In this document: in pieces, positions 7,305-15,482 of the stretch
Layout: each line of letters opens with the position of its first letter
How positions within the stretch are numbered: the stretch's first letter is position 1
Assembly (NCBI GenBank): GCA_027031765.1
Contig: JALVPN010000218.1
Span: forward strand, 1 to 22,908
From: Promethearchaeota archaeon
GTDB lineage: Archaea > Asgardarchaeota > Thorarchaeia > Thorarchaeales > Thorarchaeaceae
Direction: 5' to 3'
DNA length: 22,908 nt
Made by a program: the position numbers and the translations under genes
Notes under the pieces: model-generated
The model's database searches: none
The model's input: only the letters and a program-made list of their open reading frames with translations
Told to the model about the DNA's origin: nothing

Positions 7305-8870
7305 CTAGCGTTTCTTCTTCAAAAGGACAACGACCACCGCTAGGGCGGCGATGCCCGCGACTCCTGCCGCTGCCACCGTCACAGTCTCCAGGTCTGTGGG
7401 GGGCGTTTCTGTGTCGTGTGTCGGCCCGGGATATGTGGTCGGCATCCTGACATAGAACACGAACCGTGCAGTGCTCCAGCGCCCCTCGGTGTCGCATGCG
7501 TACACATTGAGCACATGTTCTCCTCCGATATCCGGCAGTCCGGTGAGGGCTGTGGTGTTGGTGCCACCGTCCCACGAGTAGTATACTTGCTCGGGCTGTT
7601 GGCTGAAGTATATCCTTGGCATTGTCCCATTGGCCTTTGTGGAGGCATTTGCGGTTTCACGCAGGAAGATCTCTATGGGCCCGGTATACGGCAACGCGTA
7701 GCTTGCCGCGCAGGAGCCGTCGGTCCTTACCGCGGTGATGTTGATCCGGTGTCTGCTCACAGTCACCCGTGTGTAGTGGTAGTATGCGCCACCCCATGGG
7801 GTGTTATAGAGGGGGGCACCTGCGCCACCGGTTATCACATATATCACGCTGTTGACCGTCATGCGGTCGTACAAGTGGTCGTGCCCGGCGACCACCAGAG
7901 TGACATTCTCCTCCTCGAACAGGTGCTGCAGCCGGTCGCGTTCGGTCACGTTCACATCGAGTGCGGAACCAACGTGGGAGAGCGGGTACAGTGGCCTGTG
8001 GACGAAGACGAACTTGGCATAGGCATCCGTGGCCGCAAGGTCTTCGACGAGCCACTCGTACTGCGCCCCTGTTATGCGCCCCTCCTTTCCCAGCTCTTCG
8101 GAGTCGAGGAGCACAAAGTGCACTCCTGCATAGTCGAAGGAACTGTAGGTCGCCGGCTCATCGAACAACTCGAACGTATCAAAGAAGTACTGCAGCCGGC
8201 GTGTCCCTGTGCTGCTACCCGTGTCGTGGTTCCCGAGTACCGCATATACCGGCGCATAGTGCCCAATCCTGTCTACAATCGCCATGAACGGGGCCCATGC
8301 CTCCCTGTTCGCAGTATCGTCCGTTGTCACACTGAGCACGTAGTCGCCGGTCATTACCACCATGTGCGGTTCCTCTTGGACCACCATGTCCGCAATCTGG
8401 GAGAACATGGCCGGCTGTATGGGCGCATCTGAACTTGAGGGCCTGTTGTCTCCAAGGGCGACCAGTCTGAACTCTTCACCGTCGGGTGGTGCCGTCCGGA
8501 AGTGGAAGACATCGCTCTCGACACCGCCCGACACGACCTTGTAGTAGTACCTGGTGTCGGTCGTGAGCCCAGTGAGGAACACCCTGTGTTCTGTGGTCGG
8601 CGTGGCGTTTATCACAGTGAGTGTCATCTCGGTTGTGTCACCATAGTGGATGGTCGAGTCGGCCTCTTCTGAGGTGCGCCACACGACCCGGGCCGTAGAG
8701 TCCGTGACAAAATGTACCGTTGGCCCCCTCAACAATGTCAGGGTAGCTGGGGCCCTGATGCCGGACTGACCAGTAGCAGTCTGCAACACTAACGGGCGTT
8801 GTACTAGGGGCCACAAGAGCATGCACAAGAGGACTACCACCAGATACCGTCTACTGTCCATCATTGACAC
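7305..8870 (-). CDS. Secreted, C-terminally membrane-anchored purple-acid-phosphatase-like metallophosphoesterase (FN3-like N-domain, calcineurin-like domain, Ig-like domain, TM)
   Basis: Signal-like N-terminus; FN3/PAP N-domain (ARVVWRT...EHRVFLTGL...YYYKV); metal motifs GD, TGDYV, GNHD, FVHRP and GHDH; Ig-like YSWDGG...HVLNVYACD..GRW; Thr/Pro linker; TM helix followed by KKKR. Confidence 0.88.
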   Translation of the reverse strand: MSMMDSRRYLVVVLLCMLLWPLVQRPLVLQTATGQSGIRAPATLTLLRGPTVHFVTDSTARVVWRTSEEADSTIHYGDTTEMTLTVINATPTTEHRVFLTGLTTDTRYYYKVVSGGVESDVFHFRTAPPDGEEFRLVALGDNRPSSSDAPIQPAMFSQIADMVVQEEPHMVVMTGDYVLSVTTDDTANREAWAPFMAIVDRIGHYAPVYAVLGNHDTGSSTGTRRLQYFFDTFELFDEPATYSSFDYAGVHFVLLDSEELGKEGRITGAQYEWLVEDLAATDAYAKFVFVHRPLYPLSHVGSALDVNVTERDRLQHLFEEENVTLVVAGHDHLYDRMTVNSVIYVITGGAGAPLYNTPWGGAYYHYTRVTVSRHRINITAVRTDGSCAASYALPYTGPIEIFLRETANASTKANGTMPRIYFSQQPEQVYYSWDGGTNTTALTGLPDIGGEHVLNVYACDTEGRWSTARFVFYVRMPTTYPGPTHDTETPPTDLETVTVAAAGVAGIAALAVVVVLLKKKR

Positions 8871-9010
8871 ACACTATCACTGCCTGACCACCTGATAAGT
8901 CCTCACAGGGGCCAGTGGACAGCAGTGACACGCCACGGTGACAGCGTGCTGTACCAACCGCAGATGCCGTGTCCCCCGATATGACCCGTGCGGAATAGTT
9001 TTGTAAGCTT

Positions 9011-9949
9011 GTGTACCGTAGCTCTTCGGTGACCACTTTGTATGTGAAGATCCGTACAGATGGAGCTGTTGGCATAGGTCGCGGAGGCGAGGGCGAGGGC
9101 GACATTGCTCTCGGCTATGGAGAGGCGCACATGATCGCTGCCGCCCTTGAGAAGCTTGCCCAGACGGCACGGAACTACAAACAGACCTACAAGAAGACCA
9201 CGGATGTGGGCAGTGGCAACAAGATCGAGTTCGAACGCAGCGACGACGGCACGATAACAATCAGTGGCGATGGCCAGACCATCATATGCTCCGAGGAAGA
9301 GATCCGCGAGCTTGCGCGTCTGCTCAAGGAACTACCACCCATCGAGGTCGCGCCGCCATCGGACTATGTCGAAACGATTCCGCCGAGCGGAGGTTTCTGT
9401 CTGGCAGTACTGGGCGACGGTGGGTCTGTCCGCCTCACGCTCCCTGATGCCGCCCTCCTCAAAATATCTGTGCTCAACAGTATGAACAGCAAGTACTATG
9501 AGGAGCCCATCGTCATAGGGGAGCGGGAGCTGAGTGTGGTGCGCACCAGTGACCTGAAGTGGGAACTGAAGGCTGATGGCGAGTCTGTTCGGTTCACTGC
9601 ATACGAGGTCGAGTCCGTGGTGGCAGGACTGCACAATGGTATCCTGGATGTGCTGATGAATCTTGTAAAGTCGATGGGCTCGGATGAGATTGCTGACATC
9701 CGTGTGAAGAGCCACATCCAGCACCTTGAACAAGAGGTCACTTTGATTCTCCAGGAACACAAGAAGGCCAAGAACATTGTCAAGGACATCATGAAGTATG
9801 GTAAGAAGGTGCTCGCCTCGGGTGAGGACGCTGATGTGCGTGCTACGGAGTTTATCGGACTGTGTCAGTACGTGTACTCGTGTCTGGACCCCGTGTACTT
9901 CGAGCCGCTCTTCGCGCTGTTTTCGTCCATCTTTGTGGTCGAGTCGTGA
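9011..9949 (+). CDS. Hypothetical protein with four beta-beta-beta-alpha repeats and a helical C-terminal domain
   Basis: 312-aa ORF with a normal coding-like composition. CGGAATAG-TTTTGTAA (BRE/TATA-like) at 8991-9006 suggests the true start may be the leaderless GTG at 9029. Confidence 0.8.
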   Translation: MYRSSSVTTLYVKIRTDGAVGIGRGGEGEGDIALGYGEAHMIAAALEKLAQTARNYKQTYKKTTDVGSGNKIEFERSDDGTITISGDGQTIICSEEEIRELARLLKELPPIEVAPPSDYVETIPPSGGFCLAVLGDGGSVRLTLPDAALLKISVLNSMNSKYYEEPIVIGERELSVVRTSDLKWELKADGESVRFTAYEVESVVAGLHNGILDVLMNLVKSMGSDEIADIRVKSHIQHLEQEVTLILQEHKKAKNIVKDIMKYGKKVLASGEDADVRATEFIGLCQYVYSCLDPVYFEPLFALFSSIFVVES

Positions 9950-10037
9950 CCGTCCCGGCAGTCCGCAACTCTTATGAGTGGGGGCCTGTCAGGCTGCGGC
10001 GGGGCTGCGGTCATCCGTGACTGTGCCCCTGCCTGCT

Positions 10038-10940
10038 ATGAGGAGGCCCACGACACTGTCGGCGCTCGGTTATCTCAGGCAACTGCACAAGCGCTGGGGC
10101 GTGCGCAGTCTGGTTCAGGCCCTCAAGATGTACCGGTTCCACAGGGTTCCCTTCGAGACCCTCCTGACGGACATGTTCGGTGCACTTGATACCTACGCCG
10201 CCAAGTTCGCCTTTCCCATTGTGGCACTGGTCGCGAGGATGCGTCCAGATCTTGTCCAGATGATTGAACGGGAGGGCCACGAGGTGGCGAGCCACGGGTT
10301 CAACCATCTACGCTACCCAAACTTGACCCCACAGGCACGTGAGGAGGACATAGTGTCCAGCCTCGCTGTCTTCGAGTCCCTTGGTGTCAGGGTACGCGGT
10401 TTCCGTGCACCCTACAACAACTATACGGATGACATGCCCCTGCTGCTGGACCGTGTTGGCATCCTGTGGGACGGGGGTTTCGGGTACCGTCCTGAACACC
10501 GCGGCCGTCACATGTTCTTCCACGTCAACCACCGCGGCCGTCGACTGTCGACCACGTTCATTCCCCTGAATGCCTGGAGCGACGACCGCATGATTGATAC
10601 CGATGGTATGGGGCCGTCCCAGATCACACGGCGTCTTGTCCACGAGGTCACACGGGTGGCAGACCTCGGTGGTGTCATAATGTTCGACTTCCACCCAGTC
10701 CGGTTTGGCCAGCCGCAGTATGTAGGCTGCCTGGCCCGGCTCGTGGAAGAGGCACATTCGCTTGGGGGGTGGTGCCCCACTCCGGCAGAGGCGGTGGAGT
10801 ACTGGGGGCAGCACGGACGGTGGCCCGGAGACGCGCGGTTCTGCCTGCTCCTGACAGGGGATATTGACAACTGGGTCTTCTCAGACTATCTGCGGCGTGT
10901 TATCTGGGCCCGTCAGGCCCGCCACCTGAGAGTGAGGTAG
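10038..10940 (+). CDS. Polysaccharide deacetylase (NodB/CE4 family)
   Basis: EVASHGFNH metal motif, GFRAPY, and a C-terminal MFDFHP motif. The start is uncertain (track start 9978; ATG 10038 preferred). Confidence 0.85.
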   Translation: MRRPTTLSALGYLRQLHKRWGVRSLVQALKMYRFHRVPFETLLTDMFGALDTYAAKFAFPIVALVARMRPDLVQMIEREGHEVASHGFNHLRYPNLTPQAREEDIVSSLAVFESLGVRVRGFRAPYNNYTDDMPLLLDRVGILWDGGFGYRPEHRGRHMFFHVNHRGRRLSTTFIPLNAWSDDRMIDTDGMGPSQITRRLVHEVTRVADLGGVIMFDFHPVRFGQPQYVGCLARLVEEAHSLGGWCPTPAEAVEYWGQHGRWPGDARFCLLLTGDIDNWVFSDYLRRVIWARQARHLRVR

Positions 10941-10947
10941 GACGGCC

Positions 10948-11409
10948 ATGGGACGACTGCTCGGTAGGCTGCTGCGTGTGCTCGCATGGCTGGCACCAGT
11001 GTACCAGTTCCGTGTGGCCTGTCACCGCAGGTGCGGCGTCAAGATTGGCAGGGGCGTCTTCATAGGCGCCAATGTCATGATTGACAGTGAGCACCCAGAC
11101 TACGTTGAGATTGAGGACTGGGCGTCAATCGGCCCGGGTGTGATGGTCATGGCGCACTCCGGTGCCAGCCCATACCACCAGCGCTTCAAGATATACCACG
11201 GCCCCCCGAAGAAGGTCACCATCAAGCGTGGTGCGTGGGTCGCGTCAGGTGCAATCATACTCCCGGGAGTGACTGTGGGCGAGGGGGCGATTGTGGCTGC
11301 GGGAGCAGTGGTGAGCCGCGACGTCCCACCAATGACAATGGTCGCCGGGAACCCCGCACGTGTCGTGCAGAAGCTCAACAGTGACGGGACGCAGGACAGC
11401 CACTACTGA
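10948..11409 (+). CDS. Hexapeptide-repeat (left-handed beta-helix) acyltransferase
   Basis: GVKIGRGVFIG, EIEDWASIGPGV, HSG, and VTIKRGAWVASGAIILPGVTVGEGAIVAAGAVVSRDVPP.TMVAGNPARV. Confidence 0.9.
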   Translation: MGRLLGRLLRVLAWLAPVYQFRVACHRRCGVKIGRGVFIGANVMIDSEHPDYVEIEDWASIGPGVMVMAHSGASPYHQRFKIYHGPPKKVTIKRGAWVASGAIILPGVTVGEGAIVAAGAVVSRDVPPMTMVAGNPARVVQKLNSDGTQDSHY

Positions 11410-11420
11410 CCCTTGAGTCC

Positions 11421-11657
11421 TCAGCCCCTGAGCTTTCGTGCGAGTGCGGCCCTGAGGTCTCCAACGGTCCAGATCTCGACGACCTCCTCGTCCTCGAAGG
11501 TCACACCGAACTCGTTCTCCACCTCGCTTATCAGTACCAGGTGGGCCATGGCGTCCCACGGTTCATAGTCCTTCCGTCTGATGTCGTCCTTCAGCTGGTC
11601 CCCGTCAAGGAGCAGCACTTTCGCGACAATCTCTGACAGCCTTTCGTCAACGCTCAT
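11421..11657 (-). CDS. acpP: Acyl carrier protein (FkbH-associated type); Ala occupies the phosphopantetheine Ser position
   Basis: 78 aa, acidic, with the ACP pattern W-D-x-M-x-H-L-x-L-I-x-E-x-E-x-E-F-G-V-x-F-x-D-E-E...TVGDL. The motif reads WDAMAH (GCC at 11552-11550) rather than WDS. It starts 9 nt after the fkbH stop, with a GAGGAG SD. Confidence 0.85.
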   Translation of the reverse strand: MSVDERLSEIVAKVLLLDGDQLKDDIRRKDYEPWDAMAHLVLISEVENEFGVTFEDEEVVEIWTVGDLRAALARKLRG

Positions 11658-11666
11658 ATCCAGCAG

Positions 11667-13496
11667 TCACTCCTCCACAAGCTCGACCCACTCCGGGACA
11701 TCCACTGTCCTCTCCGTGAGGTCGAGGGTCCACACCCTGACGCCGTCCTGTTCTACGGGCCCCTCAAAGCCGTGTTTCGAATAGAAGTCGCTGGCTGGAG
11801 CATTCTTCTTGGACGGTATGAACTCACCGACCAGTCTCTTCGCGCCACCCTTTCTGGCGTCGGCCACTATCTTGGCCAGGAAGGCGGTCTCGACAGACCT
11901 CCCGATGACCCTACAGCTCATGAGGAATGAGTCCACAACCCACTCCTCTGCGCCCTTCCTCACGATTGCCACACCGACGATGCCCTCATCGCCGAACCTG
12001 TCGCTCACGGCCATGCAGTATACGGCCACATCGCCGGAGTCGCTCATTTCCCTGACCTGCGCATCAGTGTACCGTCGTGTGGTTAGGTTGAACTGGTTCG
12101 TCTTGCCTATGAGCTGCACGACGCGTGGCATGTCGAAGTCGGTGGCCTCCCTGACTGTGACCCTCAGTCCGAGCCCCCTCAGGAAGTCTTCGAGAGAGCC
12201 GGCAGTCCGTTCCAGCTCGGCCCGCTTTCGCTTGCCGACATACATCTCACCACGGCGCATGTCCTCCTTTGTCAGGGAGAGGACGTCGAACACATCCAGT
12301 GCCTCAATGGTCTGTCTGTACAGGCGTGGGTTGCTGGGCAGGTCGACCACCATGACTTCAGGTAGCGCCTGTCTGACCTGTTCCCGCTCGTGCGGGTTGT
12401 CGTCTATGAACACCATGCTGTCGAGCCCGATGTTTATCTCATTGGCCAGCTCGATGAGGTTCTGCACCTTGCTCTGCCAGTTGATACGCAGTGCAGCGAA
12501 GTGTTCTTCCCTCAGGACCTGGTACGGGTGCTCCCTCAGTACCCTTATTGCGTCGTCAAAGTTGTTCTTGCTGTTGACGGCCAGTATCACACCCCGGTTG
12601 TAGAGGCTCAGCAGCGCCCTCTGGAACTCGACGTACTCGACGCCCGGAGAGGTCGTGCCGAGTCTGATCCCGTCGAGGCCGTCCTCCCCGACAATGCCGC
12701 CCCAGAGGGTGTTGTCGAGGTCGACGACAATGCACTTCTTTGCACGGCCTTTGAGGGCCCTGATATACCGCACGTACTCTGCCGCCAGTCTCAGTGAGAA
12801 CTCCTCGCTGAAGGGGACTGAGCCCCGGTAGTACGTGTTCCAGTTCACGGCCCGCTCCTTCCCGAGTGACGACGCCACAGAGTCCACATCCACGACGAAC
12901 ATCCGGCTGGAGTCCCTCACCCCCTCTTCCATGCGCCGGTTGGCGCCGCGGACGAACTCCCGCAGTCCCATCTCCTGCTTGTTGTCGACCACACCGAGGG
13001 GCGTGAATGTCGGTACAATGAAGTTGTTCACGAGGACAAGGGCCGATGTCCTCTCCTCCAGTCTGCGTGCAGTGTCGAGGAGCTCGGCCACGGCCCTCTC
13101 CTGTGCCTGCACGCGCTCATCGTGTCCCATCCTCACGAAATCTGGGATGAACGTCTTGTCAAGGAGTGACCATACGTCCACGGCAAGGACGACCACATCA
13201 GGCTCAAACCCGTACAGACCGGAGTTGTCGTCGAGGACTTCCTGCCTGTACGTGTTGAACCCGCCGACGAACGTCGCCACGACAAGTCCCTCCAGCCTTG
13301 CCTTGACATCGGTGCATGCTGCAAGTGGTTCCAGAGTCGCCGAGCCGATCACCGCCAGCCGCAGTCGTCTTGTAGGGTCGTCCGGCAGGTCAACTCCCAT
13401 CCTCTGGATCTTCTTGTAGGCACTCCAGTGGTTGAGGTAGCTGGGGTCCTCGCGGACGGTCGCCAGCACTTCCTCCACTGTGCTCTCATGGCTCAC
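11667..13496 (-). CDS. fkbH: FkbH-like HAD-IIIC protein (glyceryl-ACP synthase type; N-terminal SGNH-like, HAD and C-terminal GNAT-like domains)
   Basis: KKCIVVDLDNTLWGG, LAVNSKNN, INWQSK, FIDDNPHER, KTNQFNLTTRRY, DRFGDEG and FLMSCRVIGR motifs. The GTG start overlaps the acpS stop (GTGA). Confidence 0.92.
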   Translation of the reverse strand: MSHESTVEEVLATVREDPSYLNHWSAYKKIQRMGVDLPDDPTRRLRLAVIGSATLEPLAACTDVKARLEGLVVATFVGGFNTYRQEVLDDNSGLYGFEPDVVVLAVDVWSLLDKTFIPDFVRMGHDERVQAQERAVAELLDTARRLEERTSALVLVNNFIVPTFTPLGVVDNKQEMGLREFVRGANRRMEEGVRDSSRMFVVDVDSVASSLGKERAVNWNTYYRGSVPFSEEFSLRLAAEYVRYIRALKGRAKKCIVVDLDNTLWGGIVGEDGLDGIRLGTTSPGVEYVEFQRALLSLYNRGVILAVNSKNNFDDAIRVLREHPYQVLREEHFAALRINWQSKVQNLIELANEINIGLDSMVFIDDNPHEREQVRQALPEVMVVDLPSNPRLYRQTIEALDVFDVLSLTKEDMRRGEMYVGKRKRAELERTAGSLEDFLRGLGLRVTVREATDFDMPRVVQLIGKTNQFNLTTRRYTDAQVREMSDSGDVAVYCMAVSDRFGDEGIVGVAIVRKGAEEWVVDSFLMSCRVIGRSVETAFLAKIVADARKGGAKRLVGEFIPSKKNAPASDFYSKHGFEGPVEQDGVRVWTLDLTERTVDVPEWVELVEE

Positions 13497-13960
13497 TTCT
13501 TATCACCATCTCCAGCTGCGATGATACTGACTGCATCGTCCACAGCCGCACGCTGTCCCTCGCTAGGCCCCTCCCCGGCACTGTACAGGGCGACCGCTAT
13601 TGCATGGGTGGCTGAGTGGGACAGGCTCACATAGACCGTCCCCGTGCACAGACCGCCAAGACGGACATAGGGCGCACCTGACGCCTCCCTCAGTATCTCT
13701 ACTGTCCGGAGTGAGGCCGCCTGGTCGGACACCCCTGAGAGGGCCTTCAGTGTGGCCTCCTTCGCAGCAAAAGTGGCTGCAAGGTGAGGTGCCGGGTCAT
13801 CATAGCCGTAGCAGTAGGCAATCTCCCCCTTTGTGAACACTCTCTGGATGAAGTTCGACTCGCGGCCCATGTGCCTGAAGCGGTCTATCTCGATTATGTC
13901 CGCACCAATGCTCCACTCTGTGCGTCTGGTCTCGGTCAATGTTCTTCGGCCTGTGCTCAC
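13493..13960 (-). CDS. acpS: Holo-ACP synthase (4'-phosphopantetheinyl transferase, AcpS type)
   Basis: IGADIIEIDRF, RVFT..EI.YC, FAAKEA.LKAL, EI....GAP and VSLSH motifs. The true start may be TTG 13939, given the TATA position. Confidence 0.9.
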   Translation of the reverse strand: MSTGRRTLTETRRTEWSIGADIIEIDRFRHMGRESNFIQRVFTKGEIAYCYGYDDPAPHLAATFAAKEATLKALSGVSDQAASLRTVEILREASGAPYVRLGGLCTGTVYVSLSHSATHAIAVALYSAGEGPSEGQRAAVDDAVSIIAAGDGDKK

Positions 13961-13968
13961 CAGGTCCT

Positions 13969-13976
13969 CTTATAAT
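13969..13976 (-). promoter_or_regulatory. TATA box of the acpS-fkbH-acp transcription unit
   Basis: ATTATAAG on the minus strand, preceded by CGAATCC (BRE-like), in the 36-nt gap after the helicase gene. Confidence 0.55.
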
Positions 13977-13996
13977 GGATTCGCAGGCCGCACCCG

Positions 13997-15445
13997 TCAC
14001 TTTTCCGGGACACCCGACCCGTCCTTGTCGACCGCTCCCAACACGGCCGTCGACCAGGGGTACCGTTCGAGGACTCTCTCGAACAGCCTCCTGACCTTCT
14101 TCTCCTCGGACGTACCGGAGTAGGCGAGCAACACCACGAGGCCGCCGCGGGTGCGCTTGAACTTCTGGTACATGGTCTTTGTGGTGTTGATAGTATCACA
14201 GACGACCATCAGGTCAGCCTGCGGCAGGTCGAGGTCACGTTCGCCCACTGGCGACATCACCAGTACCCTTGTCTGAGGGTCTTCACGGAACCTGCGGAGG
14301 ACAGCCCCCTTGTCACGGGTGCTGCCGGTCACTGTGACAACATGCAGGCCTGCCTTCTCAAGGACATCTTCTATCTGTCGCACCATCTCTACATACGAGG
14401 TCAGTACCACTGTTTTCTGGTACCGCACTGCAAGTCCGAGTACCTTTGTGACCTTCGCCGAGACCGATGGCAGCGAGCGCCTGAGGGCTGCAACGTCAAA
14501 ATAGTGCTGCAAGTAGTCGTTGTAGAACTTCCTGACAAGGCTCTTGGGTGGCATCGCGAAGACGAACTTGCGGAGCATCAACAGCCCCGTATACCGGCCC
14601 TTCAACTCGTCCCGGACTGGCAACCGCTCTATCATCAGGTATAGCCTGCGGGGGTCGCCCTCGATAAGGTGGAGATTGCCACCCTCTTCCAGTTCGGCAA
14701 CAATCTCGGCCTTGGTGCTTGCCAGCAGCTCGTCGAGGACCGTCGAAATCGCCCTGATGTGGTCGTCTGTAACAGTGACGACCGTCAGCAGAGTGGGCCT
14801 CAGATAGTCGGTCACATCGGTCTGGTACAGGTCCTCCATGGCTATGAGCTCGAGGTCTGGCAGGTGCTCCCGCAGGGTGGTCAGCTCGTCCCGTATCTCA
14901 AGCTGCTCGCCGGTCAGCACCGCATGGTCATCACGGATGGTGCCGCTCATTGCGATGACCCACTTGTTGCGGATCAGTCCGACCAAGTGCGACCAAGGGT
15001 ATACCAGGGTGGCGCTGTCACCGTGTCTGCGCACCATCTTGTCGACCTCGTTTATGATCACCATGTCAAAGGGCTCTATCAGTGACGGGTCGTCTGTGAG
15101 AACCGAGGCGAGGACCTGGGGTGTGGCCACTACGACCCGCTTCTCCCGCATCACGTATGCCCTCCTCTTTGACGGCACCCTCGACGAGAGCTCACCGATG
15201 CAGTCCCCTAGTCTGCCGTACTCATCACGGAGGTACTGGATGGTCTCTGCAAGTGAGGACGACGAGTGGACAATGATGATGGCCCGCGCGTCCGCGAACC
15301 GTTCAGCGACTATCTGGTGGGTTATGAACCTCTTGCCGAGTCCGCAGTCCAGCTCTATCAGCACATCCCGACCACGCAGCCCCTCCAGTCGCTGGAGGAT
15401 GTACTCCTGATACCCCCGGGGGGTGTATTCCTCGTGTTGTGGCAT
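13997..15445 (-). CDS. Divergent Hef/FANCM(ERCC4-like helicase)-type SF2 protein, two RecA domains, no nuclease domain
   Basis: Start moved to ATG 15445 (482 aa). Q motif PRGYQ, Walker A-like LDCGLGKR, Ib VVATPQ, II NEVD, III SGT, V SPVGERDLDLP, VI QKFKRTRG. Confidence 0.8.
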   Translation of the reverse strand: MPQHEEYTPRGYQEYILQRLEGLRGRDVLIELDCGLGKRFITHQIVAERFADARAIIIVHSSSSLAETIQYLRDEYGRLGDCIGELSSRVPSKRRAYVMREKRVVVATPQVLASVLTDDPSLIEPFDMVIINEVDKMVRRHGDSATLVYPWSHLVGLIRNKWVIAMSGTIRDDHAVLTGEQLEIRDELTTLREHLPDLELIAMEDLYQTDVTDYLRPTLLTVVTVTDDHIRAISTVLDELLASTKAEIVAELEEGGNLHLIEGDPRRLYLMIERLPVRDELKGRYTGLLMLRKFVFAMPPKSLVRKFYNDYLQHYFDVAALRRSLPSVSAKVTKVLGLAVRYQKTVVLTSYVEMVRQIEDVLEKAGLHVVTVTGSTRDKGAVLRRFREDPQTRVLVMSPVGERDLDLPQADLMVVCDTINTTKTMYQKFKRTRGGLVVLLAYSGTSEEKKVRRLFERVLERYPWSTAVLGAVDKDGSGVPEK

Positions 15446-15482
15446 CTCGTCCACTTGTCGGCATTCCCCGTTATTAGGCCCG

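Noticed and set aside
7416-8432. 338-aa plus-strand ORF
   Set aside because: It is an antisense shadow of the metallophosphoesterase.
2814-11657. Idea that the ACP feeds octanoate to the LplA-like enzyme for de novo lipoylation
   Set aside because: The ACP is of the FkbH-coupled type, lacks the attachment Ser, and lies 8 kb away in a different operon. No LipA or FAS genes are in the window.
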